From contig CM022675.1 in NCBI GenBank assembly GCA_012295275.1, positions 868,001 through 932,000 on the forward strand: a stretch of DNA of 64,000 nucleotides. The letters run 5' to 3'. The DNA is from Chrysomallon squamiferum (Eukaryota; Animalia; Mollusca). Positions 40,231-54,927 of this stretch are shown here, in pieces; position 1 is the stretch's first letter, and each line of letters starts with the position of its first letter. Below the pieces are notes generated by a model, which did no database searches, had not been told where the DNA came from, and saw only the letters and a list, made by a program, of their open reading frames with translations. Made by a program: the position numbers and the translations under genes.

Positions 40231-43200
40231 TTATCTGTTCTTTTTCTCTTTCCCGTATATTGAGTCTAACGCGAGTCCTAAGAAAACGAAACAGGTTCCA
40301 ATCCACTGTCTTGAAGACATGGGATTTTGAAAAATTATAACAGATCCAAGAATTGTGAAAAACTTCCGAGTTGTTGTAACTATTGAACACATCAGTGGTC
40401 CGTATACAGTAACTGTGAGAAAAATGCACGTCTGAAAGTAAAAAAAGTTTAAAAATTAATAAAATATTTTATATCTCTCTTCTCTCTTTATATATATATA
40501 TACACATACATATACATATATATATATAGATGTTCATATATATACAGGTTTACATTAAAACTTTTCCATCATTTTTTGTGAGATTCATATTAAGTATATT
40601 TTACAGTATTTTTCTTTTATTGCAAAAGGATAACATTAAAATGATTAAATATTTTGTATTAAACATTTCTAAACATAAACACCAATACTTCCAGATTTAT
40701 TTAAATTAATAATCACATGAGGTCCATAGATGAAAAACAACAAATAATTTAATTGTAATATTTCTACAATGCAAGCTTTTTTGGGAAAATTTTATAACTT
40801 TTTTTTTTTTTTTTCAAATTATTTAAAATTATGATAAAATATGGAATTTATTAATTCTGTTCATAATTTTATTGTCAGAAAAGGTTGGAATGCAATACAA
40901 ATTATTTAAAATTATATAAAATATATGTACTGTATCACATTTTACTTATTTAATTTTTTTTTAAATGAAAATTATTTTAATGTGAGAGACTCACTTGTCC
41001 TAGCGCACTGGCTACACTGAACATGACCATGTTGAAGAGAACTGTGGGATAGCGACTGGCAAATGATACAAATGTAAAAGCCTCACCAGTAACTAGCAGA
41101 CCTGAAATTAAACACAGTAAACATTTTAAACACATGCACAGATTCTTGTATATATGTATGTATGTATGTATGTATATTTGAATGTATGTGTGTGTATCTG
41201 TGTGTAGATATGCATGTATAAATGTAAGTGTTCTTATATACAGGTGTGTATGTGTGTGTGTGTGTATGAGTGTGTGTGCAAACACACAAAAGAACTATAC
41301 ACAGTAAACAAATCTAGAGGTATACATGAAAAGTATATGTATATCTCTATTCATGTATATGGTACATTCAGTGTTACTTGTAAAAGAAAAAATTAGAAAC
41401 AATTATTTTAAGCTAACCAATGTGTATGCAAATTACTAAAATATAAGTAATTAATTTAAAATGATGACATAAAACTGACCAACAGACAGCCACAGAATTG
41501 ACCACACATTGACCATCAACATCATGCTGTACGACACGGTCTTGTACTCTGACCTCATCCTGTCCTGAGAGGCACCGGTCAGCCCGTCCAGGGTGAGGGA
41601 CACCAGCTGAAAAAAAACATCATTTGTGTAATGTAAACATCGTTTGTGTAATGTAAACACCATTTGTGTAATGTAAACACCAGCTGAAAACAAACATCAT
41701 TCGTGTAATGTAAACATCAGCTGAAAACAAACATCATTCGTGTAATGTAAACATCAGCTGAAAACAAACATCATTTGTATAAACTAAACATCATTTGTGT
41801 AATGTCAACATCAGCTGAAAACAAACATCATTTGTGTAATGTAAACATCAGCTCAAAACAAACATCATTCGTGTAACGTAAACATCAGCCTTAATACAAA
41901 CATTATTATTCGTGTAAACATCAGACTTAAGTAATACAAAAATCTTAACTAAACACAGCACTGAACTAAGTACAGATTTTTACTATAAACATCAGACATA
42001 TGTTATTAACAGTAATCCAAATATTTCAACCAACATACACCAATCACTGAAGTTAAGATTTTTAATATAAATATCAGAAATAAATGATTAACAGTAATAT
42101 AGCTTCATTTAAAACTGACTGGTGAATTAAGGTATGATTTTTTAAAATATTACTTTGTCCCAATTATATTTTTTATCCACAGTTTAAAAACTTGTGTAAA
42201 AGTAGAGAAAAAAAAAGAATTCATATTAAGTCATAGGAACATTTTATATCATCTATATGGTAAATTAAAAGGAAAAACTGTCAAAAGTTCACAAGTTTAG
42301 ACAGATATAAACAAATAAATTGTTAAAATATAAGATTTAAATGTTAAAGTATAAGATTTAAAATTATTAATCTTCGGTCTACAGAGCATATGCAATTCTC
42401 AAAACCCTTATAAAAAATCAAAATTGTTAAAAATACCATTTAAAAACAATTACAGACAATGATAAAAACTCTTAAATGTTAATTATTAACAACATTTAAA
42501 AACAACTGTAAATAAATAATTATAATGTTTAAAAAGTTTAATATTTAAAGGAACAAACCAGAAGGATTTCTCCAATTCCGATTCCCATGTCTTCTTTTGC
42601 TGTGTGTTTCTGGTCTTTGTACATGAAGAGTGCGACGCCTATGACTATCAACAGAACACAGAGGTACTTCACCAGCGGGTACCTCTTCCTGGCTAGCAGC
42701 ACTCCCAGAATCATCACCGGGATTGGTTTGATCGACTTTCCTAACACCTAGAGAAGAAATTGTAAAATAAAATAAGAAATACATGCAGAAAAAATAAAGA
42801 AATGAGATAAGAAATAAACTGAGAATACACAAAAACTAAATTGTTAAATTTAAAACCAGAAATAAATGAAGAATAAAGAATTTTTTAAAAATTTAAAATT
42901 CAATATCAGAATTAAACTAACAACAAAGAATAAAAAAAATTAATAAATTTAAAATCAGAAATAAACTAAGAATAAAGAACAAAAATTTATCTCACAAAGT
43001 AAATTTATCTAATAAAGAAATTTACTGTAGAAAATGAACACATAAACTTGATGCTTGTTATTAACCACCCAAAATATAGAATTATAAATCAGTTTATGAA
43101 CTCATATAATATAAGGTGTATCATAATAAATATAATACATTAAAAAGCAACATAATTCAATAAACACAAGTTTTTATAAAAACCATAAATGTGATTAAAA

Positions 43201-44627
43201 TATTTAAAAATATTAACTAATATAAATAAAACATCATGTTTCAAGACCTGTGTGGGGTAGGCGACATGCTGTAAGGCGTGGTTGCTAGCCAGCATTGCAC
43301 CTAGATACGTCAGTGAACACATTGCGTACAGCTTTCTCGGAGTTGTATCACGTTCTCTCTGGTACCAAGTTTTTGCTAGAAACCAAAAATAAACATTATT
43401 TACAAAATTAGTTTTCTTTTTAACAGAATGTTGATTTGATTTACTGCTCATGTGAGCTATCCCAGACTGCAATATGTAACATAACTAAAAAAAAATAATA
43501 ATAATTAAATAATTTTAAGAAATAAGAGAGTGGTAAGTAAAATTCATGTAGGCCTTAATTATATAAATATTTAAGAACTTAAACAAAAATTATGATAACG
43601 ATGATTAGGACAATCCTATAACACTTGCTAATCACAATAAAACCATTTCTGATTGGTTACATTTGACTACAACACCTTCAAGCAACCAATGGAAACGTAC
43701 CTACTTAATTCAAACTGCAGAAATTATGTTTATATGCTACAAAAATGCAGTGTAATGGAAACATGTCTACTGTTTTCACTCATAATAAAAAATATGTTGG
43801 TATGTTGTTGACACTAATTTTTCAGTGATCTTTTACATGGAATGGCAAATCAGTTATGTCAAAAAAATGGAATAATACAAGAATGTAACGATTGTGTAAG
43901 TTTATCAGTCTTGTACAAATATGTTAACTTCAGTCACTGCAACAGGTCTAATTCATCTTTATCATTAACTGTATCATTCAGTCAGTGATGAATAGGAAAA
44001 TATCATCAGTAACATCATCTTGCTAGTCGTTTTAAATTATTTATTATTCTGATTAAGCATTCTGAAAATGTATTCCTGGTCATTTTAAATTAAATGTATG
44101 TATTAATTAAATAATAGTATGAACACTGTTTTCTGTGTATTTGTTTGTGTGTATGTTAGTAAGTATACACGTTTGTGTCTGTATACTGTTTATGTATGAA
44201 TGCATGAATATATGTGCATGAGGGTGTTTGTATGTAACTTTTTATTTATAATACATATTAAACTTGGCAAACTTTGTATGTGGGCATGTTGTGTATGCAC
44301 GAGTATGCATGTTTGAGTTTACGTGAGTATATAAATGAGTATGTGTGTGCACATTTTTATTGTTTGTGCATGTTTGTGTCTGTTGGTGCATGCATGCATG
44401 TGTTTGTTTATATCACTTACTAAACTTGGCAAATATTGCATTGATAATACACTGAACCCACACAAGTGCCAAAGTGAAATGAAATTTCTCTTGCTTTTCA
44501 CCCTCTCCATATTTTCCTTTGGTTCTGAAAAAATATAAATAAATATAAATATAATCAGAAAGGGTTTTTTTTTTTTTTTCTTTTTAAACCTATATTAGTA
44601 TATATTTCAATTAATATTAATAATAAA

Positions 44628-44693
<66 letters not shown>

Positions 44694-45091
44694 GTAATTA
44701 CAGTTAATAATAAACTGCACCGCACCATTTGTCGTTTAATCTGTTTATTTATTTATTTTAAACGAAGAATAAAGTTTGTAAATAAAAATGGAGATTCTTA
44801 ATAGCAGACGACACAGAGAACTAATGATTGACACCTGCAATCAGAGCAAATGTCTGACATCGTTATTGAGAAACACAACACATATTGTACTATTCGACAA
44901 ATGCATCCTTACATTTTCTCCTGCAGAATTCCGTAGTAGAAATAGCAAACGAAAATGCCTGCAGAATACAGAATCAAATTCCTCTTTCCAGCCTGGGTCA
45001 TTTTCGAGTTAGCAGTGTCCGTAATCGGTAAAACGTCAGTCGGAATAATGGTTTGCTCTCCAGACGACTGGTCCACGTGAAGTTCTGGCAT
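40231..45091 (-). CDS. SLC35B1: Solute carrier family 35 member B1 (UGTrel1/AXER, ER membrane nucleotide transporter), 7 exons, 344 aa
   Basis: Exons 45091-44913, 44524-44421, 43375-43248, 42747-42559, 41606-41480, 41101-40995, 40431-40231 (1035 nt, all GT-AG, phases consistent). Motifs: [93 protein letters not shown]; C-terminal KKNR dilysine ER-retrieval signal. Confidence 0.96.
41601..41895 (-). repeat. 37-bp/20-bp composite minisatellite containing copies of the SLC35B1 exon 5 acceptor
   Basis: CAGCTGAAAA (minus strand ttttcag|ctg) at 41604 (real), 41681, 41718, 41755 and 41812; variant at 41849. Confidence 0.92.
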
Positions 45092-45117
45092 GTGAAAATA
45101 ACATACGAAACGATATT

Positions 45118-45190
45118 TGATTGGTTAAAACATTATCAGAACGTGTAGCGCGAAATTGTTAATTAGATCATTATTATGACGTGTCACAAA
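45118..45190 (-). promoter_or_regulatory. SLC35B1 proximal promoter with CCAAT box and TGACGTG bZIP (XBP1/ATF6/CREB3-type) core
   Basis: ATTGG at 45120-45124 and TGACGTG at 45177-45183, within 100 bp of the ATG. Confidence 0.4.
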
Positions 45191-45337
45191 CCAAAGGTGT
45201 TTCCGTGCTAACCTATTCCCAAACGTTTGATACGCTGTGATACGACTGGTACCATTACGATCGCTTTCTCCATATATCAACGGTGGCAGAGAATGTTTTT
45301 GTAACTAAATAACTAAAAGTAATAATGATGATATGTT

Positions 45338-45338
45338 G

Positions 45339-45402
<64 letters not shown>

Positions 45403-45476
45403 CAACAACAACAGCATATTGGGATGTTGCCGAAGGTCATAATTATCGATACAAACGTATATTTTAAATTTATGAA

Positions 45477-45537
<61 letters not shown>

Positions 45538-45666
45538 TAAAATTAGGCAAAAACCCCCACAAAAAACAAAGGGCAATAAAATAAATAAATAAACAAATAA
45601 AGAAAAAAGAAAAAAGGACAAAACATTTAAAAAATTAAAAATTAAAAATATATCTACACTAATATT

Positions 45667-45701
<35 letters not shown>

Positions 45702-46279
45702 ATAATAATAATAATAATAATAAAAATTAATTAATTAAAATAGTAATTAACCACAGTGATGTAGACTGATAAGAAAGAAATATTCAGTCTAATTTTCTTG
45801 ACAACAAAATTGTGAAACAGATAGATAAATAGGGAAATATTTTATATGTTGACGATAAACTTTTAGAAATGTTGCATATTAAATATTTTAAATTCACTTT
45901 ATTAATATAAAATACGTTAACTAACAAAAATAATAGAATAATCATTTTTAAATTATACCAATGTAGTACATATTTAAACACACACAAACGCACACACACA
46001 CGCACACTTAAACACACGCACGCACCCACACATACACACAAACACACGCACACACACACACACATACACACACATACGCACACACGCACACACACTCACA
46101 CTCACAAACACGCACACGTTCTCTCTGATTGCTCCTTTTCTCTCTCGATCTCTCTCTCCATTTTCTCTCAGCCTGCATTTCTTTATATCTCTGTCGTGTT
46201 TTCCGTCTGTTCTGCTGAGGGATAGAGAGAAGGAGGAAGTCAGAGGGAAAGAAATGAAGAGAGTGGAAAAGAAAGACAC

Positions 46280-46365
<86 letters not shown>
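45338..46365. repeat. Microsatellite cluster (AAT)n, (ACT)n, (CA)n, (GA)n
   Basis: Read directly; representative of many tracts (e.g. 3094-3159, 7605-7701, 21280-21371, 48725-48960, 59060-59118, 62699-62764, 63115-63194). Confidence 0.95.
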
Positions 46366-46366
<1 letters not shown>

Positions 46367-48256
46367 CTAACAATTTTATCCGACATATAACTAAGATGTA
46401 TATAAGCTGTACATATATATTAAACTGCATTAAAACATTTCAACACACAACAGCAATATAAAATATACACATTTACCTTTCTCGTCCAGCTGTTTCAAAC
46501 TGTCGTCTCGAGACATATTAAAACAAACAAAACAAAAAAACGACCACCGTTAACACGTGAAATAAAAGACTGACAAACTCATCTGACGAAAAATATTGAT
46601 CCGTGAATAAACGACTTTATCCCAGCGACCTGTGATTAAATCAACAGTTATTGTTATTAAAAAACATTTTATTGTAGTTTTACTGAGCTTAAAATAACAA
46701 CACGCAGGATAAGCTGTAGATTTAGAGATACTTAACCCACGTCTGCCTTGCACTGCTGACTAAATTACTAAAAATAATTATTAAAAAAAAAAAGAGAAAA
46801 AAAAAAGAAACAACAGGTATTTAAATACACAATGGTATATGTATATTGTTCTGTCTATGTTTTGAAACGAACGAGATGCATTTAAAAATGATTTCCGAAG
46901 CTTTCTCCAACAAATAGAGAAAACCGGTTTTTAAAAATAATTATGGTACGTGTTGTTTTGTTCTGTTAACTGGTTTGTTATTAAATTATGATTTTTTTTT
47001 TAAAGTTATACCTGAAACTATCATTTAGAGACAACAGTTTTGTTCTATTATTTATCTTGATGTATGACATACTGAAAGACAGATCTGTGTCAGCGCATGG
47101 GGGAATAACGTAGATTTTAAAATTAGAGAGTATTTAATTACAAAAAACATGGCCGTCTTATCCAGGTAGCTAAAATGGCGGAAGTGTTCGGGCCCAACAT
47201 CTAGAGAAGAGAGGGCACAGACAACCAAGACCAAAAATGAAAATGAAAGTTAATAAAATAAAGGTAATAAAACATATTTATCAAACTGGCATGTAGTGTT
47301 TCCTTGTTTTACTTTAGCGGTTTTTAATTTTTTAAAATATTTTTGTTATTATTATTTTTTTTTATATATACTTTCTGAAATGCCGTCATTGCCCAAAGCA
47401 CGAGTTATTTACGTGCTAGATCAAACATTTAGCAATGCACTTGCCACGTTCCTTCTTCTGTTACAGGAACTTTGCTTTGGTTATCTATTATGTGAAGTAT
47501 ATTTATGTAAAAGCCTCAACATTTGCCTTTATGGGGGTCTTCAAAAGTCGAATTATCAGTGGGGCCCAGAAAACCTAGACCCGGTGCTCATGATACTCAG
47601 TAGTCCGTTCTATCTATAACTCGAATTATGAAAATAAAGTATTTTGTCTATAACTCGAATTATGAAAATAAACTATTTTGTTTATTATACAAATATTAAA
47701 TATTTTAATAAAGTAATAATATGTTCTATGTAAGCTAATAAATATTATTTTATAACCTACAGCAGATATCAAATGAATATTTATTATATCGTGGAGTATG
47801 TCCCGAACTGCTTTACGTTTATTATATGTGTTAGATTAAACTTATTTCTAAGTACAATAATAAAAAGATGGAATAAGTATTTAGAATAGTCGTAGTATTT
47901 TCTGTTCTGTTTTAAAAAGATAAGATCACAAATAACTGATAATAACAATAACCACAACACACAGAAGTAAATAAATAAAATGAATAATGTGTTATAATTA
48001 TATTTTATGCCACACGGAAAGTATTATTTGTTTACAGGCTGAATTTTAAGTCATAATATCAAAACATTTTAACTAATGACAATATCGTAGCTCATTAATC
48101 AACCCAATATTTATTTAAACAGAACACTTTTTAGATTTTATTTATTTTTATATTTATTTAAATGGGCTCCTATTTCTTATATCCTGGATTTACTTTGATA
48201 TACTTTGTTTGGTTCCATCGTCTGTTTATATTTTACTAATACTACTACTCATTCTG

Positions 48257-48299
<43 letters not shown>

Positions 48300-48721
48300 A
48301 ATCACCACCACTACAACTACTACTACTATCACCACCACCACTACAACTACTAGTCTGCTGCAACCTCTACCACCATCCCTAATGTCCGGTTGATTAGAAG
48401 AGTATCTGTAAACCAAATATATTTTAAGTTGTGGCCTCTCTTCACTTTGACCTCTCCACATGATTAGGGTCACTGGTTCTTAACCAATCATTGCACTTAC
48501 ACCTGTGTGCTTTTAATCTGCGCCTGCTTGAAAAATAATTACAAAACAGAAATAATAATTAAATATATCAGAAAAAAACAATGTGATTATTATGTAAATA
48601 GCAAAATAATAATTAATCTACTCAGATTTTTATGTCTGTTAACTACGATTTCAATCAAATAACATTTTTAAATTAAGTAGATAAGATTAATGTCTTTTTT
48701 TTTTTTTTAGGGGGAGTTTAA

Positions 48722-48787
<66 letters not shown>

Positions 48788-48874
48788 CTTAGAGTTAATT
48801 TTTATGTTATGATTATCGTTCAGAACTTTAACTCCCAGATACTACCTACATTCTCTCGTTTATACTTGTTCTTT

Positions 48875-48963
<89 letters not shown>

Positions 48964-50004
48964 ACGTAAACACACACTATATCTAGTTCTCTCTAACATT
49001 AATGATTCTGCTAGACAGTATTGGAATCATTCAAGTGGTACACGTTTGTTACATGTTTCAGAATGTCCCTGAGGCGTAAGATAAGGTTTGTGTCCAGTGT
49101 AGTAAAACTTGCTAGATTAAACGTCTTTCGCAAGTTGAGACGTTGGACTGGCTTTAAGTCCTGGGAAAATATACTAAAATAAAAAATAAAAAATAAATTA
49201 AAAAAAATACGATCCGAGACACATCCGGCTTGGTATTTGATTTAAATCCTGTGTCTTCTGTTCTTAGCATTATTGATGTTTATACTTTAAAGAAAACGAA
49301 TGTATATTTTTTTACAAAATAACAACAAAAAATATATATAAATAAAAAACTCACACATACAACCACAACAACAAAAAAAAAAAAAAATAAAATAAATAAG
49401 AAAAATAAAATAAATAAAAAAAAATAAAAAGAAGAAAGAAAGAATGAAAGAAGAAATAATAAAGCAATGACAGCACAATCGGATTGATAATAATAATAAT
49501 AATAATAATAGTAGTAGTAGTAGTAGTTGTAGTAGTACTATTACTAACAACGAATGTTAACAACTAATAACCAAATATTTTTATTTTATTTTTTCATATG
49601 TTCAGTGACATTAGAAAACAAGTTTATAAAATCATAAAAAGCCTATATCAAATTATAAATATTTATTTAATAAACAAATATCGGTATTTTAATTCTCTAT
49701 GTAAACTGGATTACAAAACAAAGATCAAACATCAAGAAAATTAATTATTAATGCCATTTTGTTTCAATATTTAACATTTTTATTTTCTTCAGTTGTTATT
49801 AATCTCATGTGAACCAGATTTTATACATCTTTCTAATCCTGTTATCGGAGTCCTCAAGCAAAATGGCGCACAGGCCCCGCGGAATCTACGAAATCAATTT
49901 TCCATCGAAACGTTATATCACTTTTCTTCTCAGCAAAGTATTTAAACGTTTGCCGGCTTCTACTTTCGCCCCATTTTAAAATATACTTTCTCTAGTGATT
50001 AAAG

Positions 50005-52378
50005 ATGCGTGTCTGTCTGTCTGTACTTCTCACATTAACTGTTTTAGCGTTCTGCAAATGTCGTTGCCCTAACAACAGGGATTACGATCATGGCTCATTA
50101 TATGACGATGTTGAAGATAGTTATCTCCCTTACCGAAGACCGCGTTCGATCGGTTCCATGATTGCTCGGATGGCGAGGATCGTGAATAGGAAATTCAAAG
50201 AAATTGATTTTCGTTTGGACGATTTGAGACGTAAGTAGTCTGCTAATAATAAATACTGATTAATTTTATATTTCTATATTTAGCTGAACGCAGATTAAAT
50301 GACATTAACCATACCAATAATGATAACCAGTAACAGCAGTAGTAATACTAGTAGCAATAATAAACTAGTAGTGGTAATAGTAGTAATTGTAGTAGAGGCA
50401 GCAGTAGTTGCAACATATGTACCAGTAGTTTTATTAATAATGGTATAAGTATCGTCATCGATGAAAACAGCTAGAACAAAACCTGAAACAAAACCAAACA
50501 ATCCCCAACACAACAAGAACAAAACATCAAAAACCAACCAAACAACAAAACAAAACAAAAAATAATAATAAACAAAAATCAAAAATCAAAAAATAAAATA
50601 ACCTTCAGTCCAAAACCAAACAAAAACAACAACAACAAAAAATAACTTCTAAATTTCTTCCATTTATTATTATTATTATTTTGTTGTTGTTGTTGACAGA
50701 AATAAGTTCGTGTGCTGGGAGGTGCTCGGAGGAGATCCCAGGAGCTACGTGTCAGTGTCATCACAACTGTGGAGCAGAAGAAAACTGCTGTTCAGACTTT
50801 GTCTACGAGTGTGGTTAGTTTGTTAGTTAATTAGTTACTTATTATTATTATTAATAAAATCTTTATTATTATTATTATTGATATTAAAAAAAGAAAGAAA
50901 AAACGAAACGAAAAAACAAAAAATAAAAAAATAAAATAATAATAATAATAATAATAAAGCTTTTCAGCGAGTGTTTCATTGTATACGTAAAACAAATATG
51001 TTGGTTACCATGGCCTAAACATTACTGCACAGGAAACAAAATTAATTGAAATAAACACAGCTAGGTTTCTGTATTATTTACATCACGCAGCGTTTATTTC
51101 TTATTAAACTTTGAAAATAGGTTTACGTCCCCAGATAACATTACGAAGAACTGTTTTACTACTTTGATAATGAGTTGTAATATTAGTGGTAGCGGTTGTT
51201 GTTCTAATAACAGTAGTAGTTGTGATAATAGTAGCAGATGAGGTAGTAGCAGTAGTAGTAGTAATAATGATGTTGATGATAATAAGAATTAAAATAATAA
51301 TTATGATGATGATGATGAGATGATGTTAATGATGGGAATAATAGCATTAATAAAAATGGGAAAAACAAATTAATAACTAAAAATAAATTATCGTTGATTA
51401 ACACAAATAAATCCAAAAAAAAAAAAAAATAACAGCAGCAGAAATATAAATAAACAAAACAAACAAAAACGATAACAAATGAACAAACTAAGAAAGAAAG
51501 AAACAAATGAACAAATAAATAATAAAAAAAAAAAAAAATAAACAAACAAATAAATAAATAAACAAATAAACAAACAAGCAAACAAACAAACAAATAAATA
51601 AACAAACAAACAAATAAATAAATAAATAAATAAATATTTCCACAGATCGGACTTGTGAAGATATTTGTGACACGGCTTTTGACGAACGCTTCGCCTGTCA
51701 GTGTGACAGCGAATGCGCTCTCTTCGTCAACTGCTGCAGCGACTACGCCAAACTCTGCTCAAACGGGACGGACGCAAGTGATGACATGATGCAGGCCACA
51801 CCCAATCCAGATACAGTCATCACAAACATAAACAGCCACAAGATTCCTTCGGCAAAGTCCGTACAAAAACCCGAGCTGGAACATTCGAACGACCGTAAGT
51901 AATTAAAATAATTATTTAAAAAAAAAGTGTAACGCTTAGTATTTTAACGAATATTATTTAGATCAATTTAATTAAATTCAGAATTCACCGTAAACACTAA
52001 AAAAACAACAAAAAACAAACAAACAACAACACAAACTCCCAGAAACATTTATATCCATTACAGTATGCATTGATGAACAAATAGTTGCTATAGTTACGAT
52101 AACAAATAAATTACGTCACACGTATAAGTACAAGTTTATTAATGCATTTTAACGAGAAGTGGAGTTTGTTGTGGAATAGTTTATCTGAGTTTATCTGGTT
52201 TTGAGTCGCTGTTGATGAAACAAGAGTTTAAAAGGTGGGCATTCGTTTATAATTCTAAATGGATTTGCAAGACAGTGGGTTTTAACATGTTTTCGTGAAA
52301 CATATATTGTTTCAGTAATGCCAAAATATTTCATTTTTTTTTTCTTTCTTTTTAGTTGATGATGGCCTGGAAAAATGA
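50005..52378 (+). CDS. Secreted protein with two somatomedin-B domains, 4 exons, 203 aa (uncharacterised)
   Basis: Exons 50005-50230, 50700-50813, 51646-51894, 52356-52378 (612 nt, all introns phase 1, GT-AG). Signal-peptide-like MRVCLSVLLTLTVLAFCKC. SMB1 SCAGRCSEEIPGATCQCHHNCGAEENCCSDFVYEC and SMB2 TCEDICDTAFDERFACQCDSECALFVNCCSDYAKLC both fit the 8-Cys SMB spacing. Last exon is the least certain. Confidence 0.88.
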
Positions 52379-54885
52379 AGAACTGAGATCAAATAATGCA
52401 TGTATGCAATAAATACACATACACACACGCACACGCACACGCACTCACATGATTTACAGACAACATTTAATATAATTTTCAAACGTATATTTTACAGAAA
52501 AATGTTTTGTATGATATTAAAAAGAAGTAAGTACAGTTTGTTGTTTTTGTTAGTTCTTAAAATCATATTAATAGATGAAGTAGTAGTTGTTGTTATTGTA
52601 GGAGTAGTAATAGTAATAGCAGGTGAAGTAGTGGCAGTAGAAGTACTAATAATGTATTAATATTAGTAATAAACGTAGTTGTAGTAGTAGTAGTAGTAGT
52701 AGTTGGAATAATAGTATTAGTATTAGTATTAATAGTGGTAATAGTAGTAGTAGTAATCGTAATAGTAGTAGCAGGTGTAGCAGGAGTAATATTAATAGTA
52801 GTAGTTGTAGTAGAAAAGGTATAAGTGGCAGTAGTAGTAGTAGTAACAACGCTGTACCTAGTAATTTAGTCTGGTCGAATTTATTCAAGGATTTTATTTT
52901 ACTGTTTTGTCAAGGGAAGTAATTTCAAAGAGATAATATAAACATATATTGACAAGAGTTATTGTCCTTGAAGTACTGAATAGAATTAATAATGTGATGA
53001 TTATGATGATGGTAACAACATTATTACTATTAACTGACTTTGTCACAATAAACATACTTTATTTTTACTTGTTATTACTATTTTTTATTTCTGTATTTCT
53101 GTTTTTGTATTTTGTTTATTTGTTTATTATAAGTTTGTTTGTTTGTTTGTTTGTTTATGTGTATTTGATTTTCTTTTTTTTCTGATGGAATTCAGGAAAA
53201 TTATTTAATCGAGCTGAATAATTTCATACACATCATTAACATAACGTACATTTATTGAAAAAAATAACAACCCCCCCATAACCCCCAGTAATAATAATAA
53301 TAATAATAAAGAAATTACCTTGAAACCGCAAAACAAACAAAGACAATGACAAGACGAAAACAAAGAATCACAATGGAAAGAAAGACAGGGAAAAAAAGAA
53401 GGTAAAATAACATATTCACGCACCCCGTGATATACACTAACAGACAGACAGAAATACATACATACATACATACAGACAGACAGACAGACAGACACAGCTA
53501 TATATAATTTATTAAAGTCAGATAACTGTATTAACGCTGGAATCGTGCCGTGCAAACGATTAATTTGTTAGTTTAACGTAAATATTCATATTCTCCTAAG
53601 CCTCACTTTGAGTTTATGACGTTTCAGAGTTCAGTCAAAGTCCACCTGCATACATTAATAACTTAAGAACAAAATTCACAGTTTTACAACCTAATTTTCT
53701 GACATTTTCACACGAATAAAACCACAGAAATACAAACTGTATTTTTTTTAATATTTATTTATTTATTTATATCAGTTACACACACATATACATATACATA
53801 CGCAGGCATACATACATACACATACATACATATATACACACACACATACGCACATACTAGCGCTTTTTTCTTGACTACAATTTCTATCTTCAACAGAACA
53901 ATAACAGCTACTACTAGTATTACTATTACAGCTATCGTTACTACTACAAAAACAACAGCTACTAGTAGTAGTACTAATACTACTATTAATATTAGTACTA
54001 ATGTTATTCTCACTTCTACAACTATTAGTATAACTATTACAGCCAAAAAAAAAAAAAAAAAAGGAAGAAAAATTAAAATAAAAGGAAAAAAAAATAAAAA
54101 TAAAAACAATAATTAAAACAACATTTCCGACAAACAGCAACAAACCGTTTCCTGTATTTGTATCAGCTGGGTTTTTTTCCCCCACTTAAATACCGTAGCT
54201 ATGGAAACCACAATTATACCGCAGAAACAATTAGAGCAAAATAGGCAGTGAAAACAAAAATTAACAAACAGATTTCGTTATCAAATGGAATATAAGTAGC
54301 CGGTGAAAAAAAAAAAAATATCTGACGTGCTACGTCACAAAGTCATGTGTACTGATAAAACGTGGAGGAAATACGTAATTATGCGAACTGTCGTCTGGTT
54401 CACTGCAATGGCGGCAAAACGTACTGGGTGAACTGAGAACCAAGATTAAACAAAAGTAGGTTATCAGACATGCTGCGTTGTGAAACACAGGAACGTGCTT
54501 GAATGTTTTAGTACGAATAACCTTTTTGTTTCTTCATTAAATAATGATTCTTTTTTGTTCATATTTATTTATTTATTTATTCATTTGTTTATTTACTCAT
54601 TTGTTTATTCATTTGTTCGTTCGTTATTTACTTACTTATTAATTATTTTTTTTTATTTAATTCCTCTATTTTAAAAATTTAATTAATTTATTCCTATTTT
54701 TTAATAGTGTATTATTTAAAATTATTTATTTTACCAAAGTTATACGGAAGTATTGTTTTTATTACTTTTACTGTTACCATTAATATTAGAGCTACTAGTA
54801 CTACTACAACTATTTATTACTACAATTATTGCTGCAGTTGTCGTTAATGTTATTATCATTATTAGTATTGTTGTTGTTGTTCTAG

Positions 54886-54927
<42 letters not shown>

